Shown here: positions 49,101 through 49,615 of the stretch, piece after piece
Position numbering within the stretch: position 1 is the first letter of the stretch
Layout: the number at the start of each line of letters is the position of its first letter
From: Deltaproteobacteria bacterium
Lineage (GTDB): Bacteria; Desulfobacterota; Syntrophia; Syntrophales; UBA2185
Direction of reading: 5' to 3'
Assembly: GCA_037143735.1 (NCBI GenBank)
Contig: JBAWYD010000001.1
Span: 1 to 49,615, forward strand
DNA: 49,615 nt
The notes under the pieces: generated by a model
What the model was told of the DNA's origin: nothing
Databases searched by the model: none
Seen by the model: only the letters and a program-made list of their open reading frames with translations
Translations under genes and position numbers: made by a program

Positions 49101-49516
49101 TCCGCAACCTGGGCGGCACCTGCCTTGTCGATCTTCAGTTTGCCGGAAAATTCCAGCTTCGCAAGGCGGGCCGTCAGGCGGTGGGCGCCCGCTACGTACC
49201 AGCGGAATTCGAGGTAGTCCGTAAGGAGGAGATTACCGAGGCTTTCCCTGTAGCGCTTTAACTGTTCCTCTTTTTCCGCGGCGTCCAGGGATTTGCCCAC
49301 ATCCTTGGCTTCGATATATCCGACGGGGATGTCGTGCCGGGAGACGATGAAATCGGGTGCGCCACATTTTTCCCGTTTCGGCTCGTTGGTAGCGGTAATA
49401 TTTTCGGCAAGGGATTCTATGAGTTCCTTCAGGGCAGGGCGGTGGGTGTGCTCCGTGGCGTTGCCTGCCTTGAGGTTCCGTTCAACGGCGGTCAGGTAGC
49501 TTTTCATAGGTTCCAT
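46178..49516 (-). CDS. Type IIG/IIL (MmeI-like) fused restriction endonuclease / N6-adenine methyltransferase / specificity protein
   Basis: N-terminal PD-(D/E)XK 'APDFIVSRHDIPVGYIEAKD', gamma-class MTase motif I 'LDPAAGTGTF' followed by motif IV 'GNPPYS'. The C-terminal 'YFEGVPPEVWAFHVGGYQVCRKWLKDRKGR' is typical of the Type ISP/IIL C-terminal specificity domain. No helicase motifs are present. I prefer the ATG at 49516 (or 49507) over the ORF-track TTG at 49600. Confidence 0.85.
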   Translation of the reverse strand: MEPMKSYLTAVERNLKAGNATEHTHRPALKELIESLAENITATNEPKREKCGAPDFIVSRHDIPVGYIEAKDVGKSLDAAEKEEQLKRYRESLGNLLLTDYLEFRWYVAGAHRLTARLAKLEFSGKLKIDKAGAAQVAELLSAFFHERVALINTPKDLAVRMASLARQTRTTILNALNDEGEEGALHMQMDGFRKVLLHDLTAEQFADMYAQTICYGLFAARCNTRLEKGNHFIREHAAFDLPKTNPFLRRLFNYIAGPDMDGRIVWIVDDLATLLDRTDMEGILRDFGKRTRQEDPVVHFYETFLTAYDPKMREARGVYYTPEPVVSYIVRSVDHLLKTDFCLPDGLADTGKIKLTKPKVSSPPAGEGQGEGGSEIHRVLILDPAAGTGTFLHGVIDQIHDHICKAGQVGAWSGEQGYVSRHLLPRIFGFELLMAPYAVAHMKLGLQLAQYGYDFGSDERLRIYLTNTLEEAYKISDMPLFTRWLVEEVNAAGAVKQDAPVMVILGNPPYSYESANTGEWISALIRDYYSVDGQPLGERNPKGLQDDYVKFIRFAQWRIEKTGYGILAFITNHGYLDNPTFRGMRQSLMNTFDDIYLLDLHGNSKKKERCPDGSKDENVFDIQQGVAIGIFVKKHNAQDRPSRIHHAHLWGIREVHENTPDGRKLSGSKYAWLWENDIQTTTWETLTPQPPFYLFVPQDIALLPEYERGWKVTDMMSIYSVGIVTSRDHLAVHMTSEEAKEKLGRFISLPPEVARQELDLGEDSQDWQIALAQSDLKQTGLSDSSLIRLAYRPFDDRFTFYTGHSRGFHSRPRPAVMNQMIGDNIALLTSRMTKGESFAHIYLTKFPSEKILLSPKTSNNSFHFPLYLESESETSLFKTDNSSSRRPNLAPAFIEDIAARLGMVFIPDGKGDRQQTFGPEDIFAYMYAVFHSPAYRSRYAEFLKIDFPRLPLTSNADLFRNLCGIGEELVALHLMEKTMPLITAYPIAGDNLVETVQYAEASPSLDPSRQGRDGYNGSSSPDGKEDKGRHGAGRVWINKTQYFEGVPPEVWAFHVGGYQVCRKWLKDRKGRPLTYDDITHYQRVVAALAETIRHMAAIDETIDTHGGWPVK
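46475..46497. repeat. GC-rich 9-bp-stem hairpin embedded in frame in the Type IIG gene
   Basis: ATCCCTCCC-ctggc-GGGAGGGAT. It encodes 'DPSRQGRD' within a G/S/P-rich segment. Confidence 0.6.
48412..48432. repeat. GC-rich 8-bp-stem hairpin embedded in frame in the Type IIG gene
   Basis: CCTCTCCC-gccgg-GGGAGAGG. It encodes part of 'SSPPAGEGQGEGGSE', immediately N-terminal to MTase motif I. Confidence 0.6.
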
Positions 49517-49519
49517 GAT

Positions 49520-49547
49520 ATTATAGTGGGAAAATGTTTCTATGCAA
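49520..49547 (-). promoter_or_regulatory. Sigma-70-like promoter abutting the Type IIG start codon
   Basis: The minus strand reads TTGCAT (49547..49542), a 16-nt spacer, TATAAT (49525..49520), then ATC-ATG. No Shine-Dalgarno is present. Confidence 0.35.
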
Positions 49548-49615
49548 GGTTGTTCGCTGCTGGTGTCAAGAGCAAATAGACTTGTCCGGTTTTGTAGCAA
49601 ATGAGTTGTCCGCTT

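Overview
This 49.6 kb chromosomal window comes from a moderately GC-rich bacterium. Gene content suggests an anaerobic Desulfobacterota/Syntrophia-type organism, but that is inference only. Most of the window is housekeeping. It holds a HDC-like PLP decarboxylase, tRNA-Lys, purA, serA and a serC-like gene, then radA. A complete Pho supercluster follows (phoB-like regulator, pit, pstSCAB, phoU, phoR-like kinase) with recognisable Pho boxes. After that come groES/groEL, a TPR protein, rmuC, ileS, lspA, trkH/trkA, a CDF transporter, an SDR, an ADP-forming acyl-CoA synthetase, a 3D-domain lipoprotein and a KimA-like APC transporter. Three accessory insertions interrupt this. (1) At 6.3-9.4 kb there is a Type II R-M pair followed by a Phd/RelE toxin-antitoxin pair. 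(2) At 23.4-32.3 kb there is a visibly AT-richer, entirely minus-strand accessory block. (3) At 46.2-49.5 kb there is a solitary MmeI-like Type IIG/IIL R-M fusion carrying two in-frame palindromic insertions. The accessory block is the most interesting part. An RHH antitoxin, a PIN toxin, an RtcR-like CARF/sigma-54 activator and an AAA+/DUF4143 ATPase sit upstream of a good -24/-12 sigma-54 promoter match. That promoter appears to drive an operon of an RHH protein, an ABC/AAA15-type ATPase with a coiled-coil insertion, a 313-aa protein with no recognisable motifs, a Tag/EndoIII-like [4Fe-4S] DNA glycosylase and a small protein with a truncated tandem paralog. I propose this as a candidate undescribed, sigma-54/CARF-gated, glycosylase-containing defence system. 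All family names come from motif reading and memory, because no database search was possible.
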